Assembly (NCBI GenBank): GCA_036677365.1
Contig: JAVBWN010000014.1
Coordinates: 32,001 to 96,000, forward strand
Direction of reading: 5' to 3'
Source of the DNA: Acholeplasma sp.
GTDB taxonomy: Bacteria; Bacillota_I; Bacilli_A; Acholeplasmatales; UBA5453
DNA: 64,000 bases
The first letter of the stretch is position 1; every line of letters begins with the position of its first letter. A program made the translations under genes and the position numbers. Below the pieces are notes generated by a model. The model had not been told where the DNA came from, made no database searches, and saw only the letters and a program-made list of their open reading frames with translations. Positions 60,826 through 64,000 of this stretch are shown piece after piece.

Positions 60826-61209
60826 ATGGCAATAGAATGGATTATGCCGAAGGACACTTTAGGCACTGTTACCTTCTATGACTCGAACATCACATTGAAC
60901 AAAGTGGCAGCATCTTATTTCATCGATGCATTTAAAGTCATTGTAGGCATTGACAGAGAAAAAAGACGTGTCGTGATTAAAAATTTAAGCAAAGAAGAAG
61001 CCACTCGAGGCGATGTTAATAAAAACCATTTACTGGATGTCGCCATTAAAAAGAGCTATGGCAGAATCAGTAGCAAAAAGGTCGTGAGCGATATTTCGAC
61101 CGTCACCAATTTTAGTTTTACCAAAGATACGAACTACAAATATCGCGCTAAGTGGAATGCCACAGAAAAGTTACTCGTAATCGAGCTCGATGAGGAGGTT
61201 AGGGGTTAA
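60826..61209 (+). CDS. Hypothetical protein
   Basis: Promoter TTGAAA...TATAAT and AGGAGG RBS; coupled to the NfeD-like gene. Confidence 0.7.
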   Translation: MAIEWIMPKDTLGTVTFYDSNITLNKVAASYFIDAFKVIVGIDREKRRVVIKNLSKEEATRGDVNKNHLLDVAIKKSYGRISSKKVVSDISTVTNFSFTKDTNYKYRAKWNATEKLLVIELDEEVRG

Positions 61210-61664
61210 TGGAATTCATCAATGAATATTTAATGATTATTATTTGGGCAGTGGTGTTGGTGGGAACCATCCTCATTGAATTTGAAACATCAGACTTGGT
61301 AACCATTTGGTTCTCAGTCGGTGCGATTGGCGCGTTGATCGCCGCCGCTTTAGGTATGAATTTTGTCGGACAAATCGCAATTTTCATCGTTGTATCATTC
61401 ATCTTACTCATTTTAACTCGACCATTGACAAAACGTTTTATGGACAAAGAAGTGGTGAAAACCAATGCTGACCGTATGGTGGGCATGCATGGTGTCGTCA
61501 CCACCGAAATTCCATTTGATGGTAAAGGTGAAATCAAAGTATCCTCGCAAATTTGGACAGCCTTTTCTACTAGAAAAGATGCCATTCCAGTCGGTACTAG
61601 AGTCGTGATTTTGGATATCGTCGGTAACAAATTACTCGTCGATATTCTTAAAGAAGAAATATAA
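61209..61664 (+). CDS. NfeD-like protein
   Basis: N-terminal TM helices with a C-terminal OB fold (GEIKV...WTA...IPVGTRVVI); adjacent to an SPFH gene. Confidence 0.85.
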   Translation: MEFINEYLMIIIWAVVLVGTILIEFETSDLVTIWFSVGAIGALIAAALGMNFVGQIAIFIVVSFILLILTRPLTKRFMDKEVVKTNADRMVGMHGVVTTEIPFDGKGEIKVSSQIWTAFSTRKDAIPVGTRVVILDIVGNKLLVDILKEEI

Positions 61665-61675
61665 AAAAAGAAAGG

Positions 61676-62623
61676 ATGATTTATATGTTTAATGTATTAG
61701 CAACACAACCGGGTACGATTGCGTTAGTCATTCTACTCATCGTTTTACTGCTTGCTGTGATTATTGCCCTTTCGAGTATTCGAATCGTTCGCCAAACTCA
61801 AGCATTGGTTATTGAAAGATTGGGTCGTTATTATACGACATGGAACACCGGCATTCACTGGTTGGTTCCATTCATTGATCGAGTTTCAAAAGTAGTCACT
61901 TTAAAAGAAATCGTCAATGACTATGCACCACAACCCGTCATTACTAGAGATAACGTTACGATGCAAATCGATACCGTTGTGTATTATCAAATCACTGACC
62001 CTAAAGCGTTTGCGTATGGGGTGGATAATCCGAACCGCGCACTAGAAACGTTGTCAGCCACCACATTGCGTAACATCATTGGTGCGATTGACCTAGATGA
62101 AGCCCTCACCAGCCGTGAACTCATCAATAGCAAAATGCGCATCATTTTAGATGAAGCGACAGACCCGTGGGGTATCAAAGTCATTCGTGTCGAATTGAAG
62201 AACATCATTCCACCAAAAGACATCCGTGAAGCAATGGAAAAACAAATGAGAGCTGAACGTGAAAAACGTCAATCGATTTTGATTGCTGAAGGGGAAAAAC
62301 AATCCGCCATCTTAAAAGCTGAAGGGTTCAAAGAATCTCAAATCCTAGAAGCACAAGCGAGAAAAGAAGCAGCCATCTTAAAAGCTCAAGGGGAAGCTGA
62401 AGCCATCCTTAAAGTTCAAGAAGCAACCGCAAAAGGGATTGAAATGATCAAGAAATCTGGTGCAGACCAAGCCGTATTGACCATGAAAGCCTATGAAGCG
62501 TTGGTTGAAGTATCGAAAGGTCAAGCAACCAAACTCATCATCCCATCGGACCTTCAAGGACTTGCTGGATTGGTTACATCCGCTAGAGAAATGTTTTCAG
62601 AAGACAAGAAAACCAGTAAGTAA
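61676..62623 (+). CDS. SPFH/band 7 (stomatin-like) protein
   Basis: VIERLGRY, QPVITRDNV, WGIKVIRVELKNI, QMRAEREKR. Confidence 0.92.
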   Translation: MIYMFNVLATQPGTIALVILLIVLLLAVIIALSSIRIVRQTQALVIERLGRYYTTWNTGIHWLVPFIDRVSKVVTLKEIVNDYAPQPVITRDNVTMQIDTVVYYQITDPKAFAYGVDNPNRALETLSATTLRNIIGAIDLDEALTSRELINSKMRIILDEATDPWGIKVIRVELKNIIPPKDIREAMEKQMRAEREKRQSILIAEGEKQSAILKAEGFKESQILEAQARKEAAILKAQGEAEAILKVQEATAKGIEMIKKSGADQAVLTMKAYEALVEVSKGQATKLIIPSDLQGLAGLVTSAREMFSEDKKTSK

Positions 62624-62704
62624 ATCATAGAGCAGGCCTAAAAACCTGCTTTTTTTTCGTCTGATGGGGGATCAATTATGTTATAATTTGATGTAGGTGA
62701 TACT

Positions 62705-64000
62705 GTGATTGCAGAAGTGATGCTGGATTTAAAAACCAATCAAATTCAATCTGCTTATGACTATCTCATCCCCAACGATTTAGAGGGATTTTTAGTCGTT
62801 GGGATGCGTGTGGTCGTGCCCTTTGGTAACACAACCCGTGTCGGTTTAATTACAGACATTAAATCCAGTTCAACCGAAGCCACCAAAACCATTATTGAAC
62901 CCTTTGATTTGGATCCGTTCATCGATAAAGAACAACTCCATTTGATTGACTACTTAGAAAAACAAGCGTTGATTCCAAAACACTTGGCATATTATGAAGT
63001 CATCCCCAATGTGCTACAAATAGAATACAAGAAAACCATCCATGTGATTAAAAGAGAGGCTTTAAAACGACCATTATCCGAGCTTTTAACTGAAGACCAT
63101 ATGGTATTCAAAAAAACATGGATGAAACACTATAGCGCATTTAAAACAGCTGAATCGAAGAAAATCATCCACATTGAAACCACCTACGAACAAAAAAAAT
63201 CGATCCAAATGGTATCCACTTACATAGCAACAGATTTTAAACCAAAAACGCCTAAACAACAAGCGCTTTGGATGTTTTTATCGTCAGAACGAACCCTTGA
63301 AGAGGTCACAGCAGAAGGTTACACAAAAGCCATGCTGAAGACACTGGTTGAACAATCGTCTGTAATGACCAAAACCATCGAAAAAGTGTCCACACACAAA
63401 TCATGGATTGCCAAAGACCCTAAAATATTAACCATGGCACAAAATCAAGCCATAGAAGATATCGCTCAATCCTTCCAGAACTATCAAAGACACTTGTTAA
63501 AAGGGGTATCAGCATCTGGTAAAACCGAGGTATTTTTACAGTTGTGTCTGAAGTTGCAAAAAAAGGAACAACAAGCCCTGATCATTACTTTAGATGAGGC
63601 ATTGGTCACACAAATGGCAGAATATATATCGCCCTATTTAAGTGTATCCACCATCCATTCGGGTTTGACAGAGCAACAAAAATTAGATGCCTATCGTGCG
63701 GTTCAATTGGGCATTTCTCAAGTCTTGATCACCACACCTCTTGGCTTATTTACCCCGTTTAAATCGTTGGGTTTGATCATTGCTGATGAAGCACAAGACC
63801 GCATCTATTTAGACTTCGCCAAAAAGGTGCATGGCTTAGATGTTTTGGTTGAACGTGCTAAGTACCACAAAGTACCATTGGTATATGCATCTGCCACCCC
63901 ACCAGTACACCTTCTATATGACGCACAGATGGGTAAGCTCCACTGGATTGAACTGTCTGAGAAAGTCTATCAAACCGAGGATGAAGTGATTATCGTCGAT
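62705..64000 (+). CDS. priA: Primosomal protein N' (runs off the window edge)
   Basis: My translation from GTG 62705: MIAEVMLD...YDYLIP...GMRVVVPFG; LLKGVSASGKTEVF Walker A; SATP. Confidence 0.85.
   Translation, partial: MIAEVMLDLKTNQIQSAYDYLIPNDLEGFLVVGMRVVVPFGNTTRVGLITDIKSSSTEATKTIIEPFDLDPFIDKEQLHLIDYLEKQALIPKHLAYYEVIPNVLQIEYKKTIHVIKREALKRPLSELLTEDHMVFKKTWMKHYSAFKTAESKKIIHIETTYEQKKSIQMVSTYIATDFKPKTPKQQALWMFLSSERTLEEVTAEGYTKAMLKTLVEQSSVMTKTIEKVSTHKSWIAKDPKILTMAQNQAIEDIAQSFQNYQRHLLKGVSASGKTEVFLQLCLKLQKKEQQALIITLDEALVTQMAEYISPYLSVSTIHSGLTEQQKLDAYRAVQLGISQVLITTPLGLFTPFKSLGLIIADEAQDRIYLDFAKKVHGLDVLVERAKYHKVPLVYASATPPVHLLYDAQMGKLHWIELSEKVYQTEDEVIIVD

Overview
Low-GC bacterial chromosome segment, probably from a free-living Mollicute of the Acholeplasma type. 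This is an inference from TGA stop codons, a ClpB lacking its N-domain under a CIRCE element, and Firmicutes-like gene order. Bases 1 to about 22,300 are the AT-richer right part of a prophage-like element that ends just downstream of a tRNA-Cys gene. It carries tandem large serine recombinases, a CI/Cro-type switch, a separate tyrosine recombinase, an antirepressor, an excisionase-like HTH, a C5 methylase, a replisome organiser, a small-terminase-like gene and a ParB-methylase. Between its replication and packaging modules lies an ~11 kb run of co-oriented accessory genes: a type II-like R-M operon, a putative ADP-ribosyltransferase, an OLD-type ATPase-TOPRIM nuclease, a Ser/Thr kinase, a SAM methyltransferase and orphans. 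These genes are separated by a recurring ~90 bp intergenic element whose 39 bp core (TTTTC-NNN-TTTRAGACHTCATAAAC-N5-TTATTG-NN-T) resembles a tyrosine-recombinase crossover site. This candidate integron/pdif-like defence cassette array is the main finding. The rest of the window is housekeeping DNA (5'-nucleotidase, clpB, GH13, chromate transporter pair, aminopeptidase, sodA, ktrB, gmk-rpoZ, uvrC, rnj, coaD, ABC exporter with MarR, znuABC with Zur, rimP-nusA-infB-rbfA, priA) plus one IS3-family element inserted in a terminator loop.
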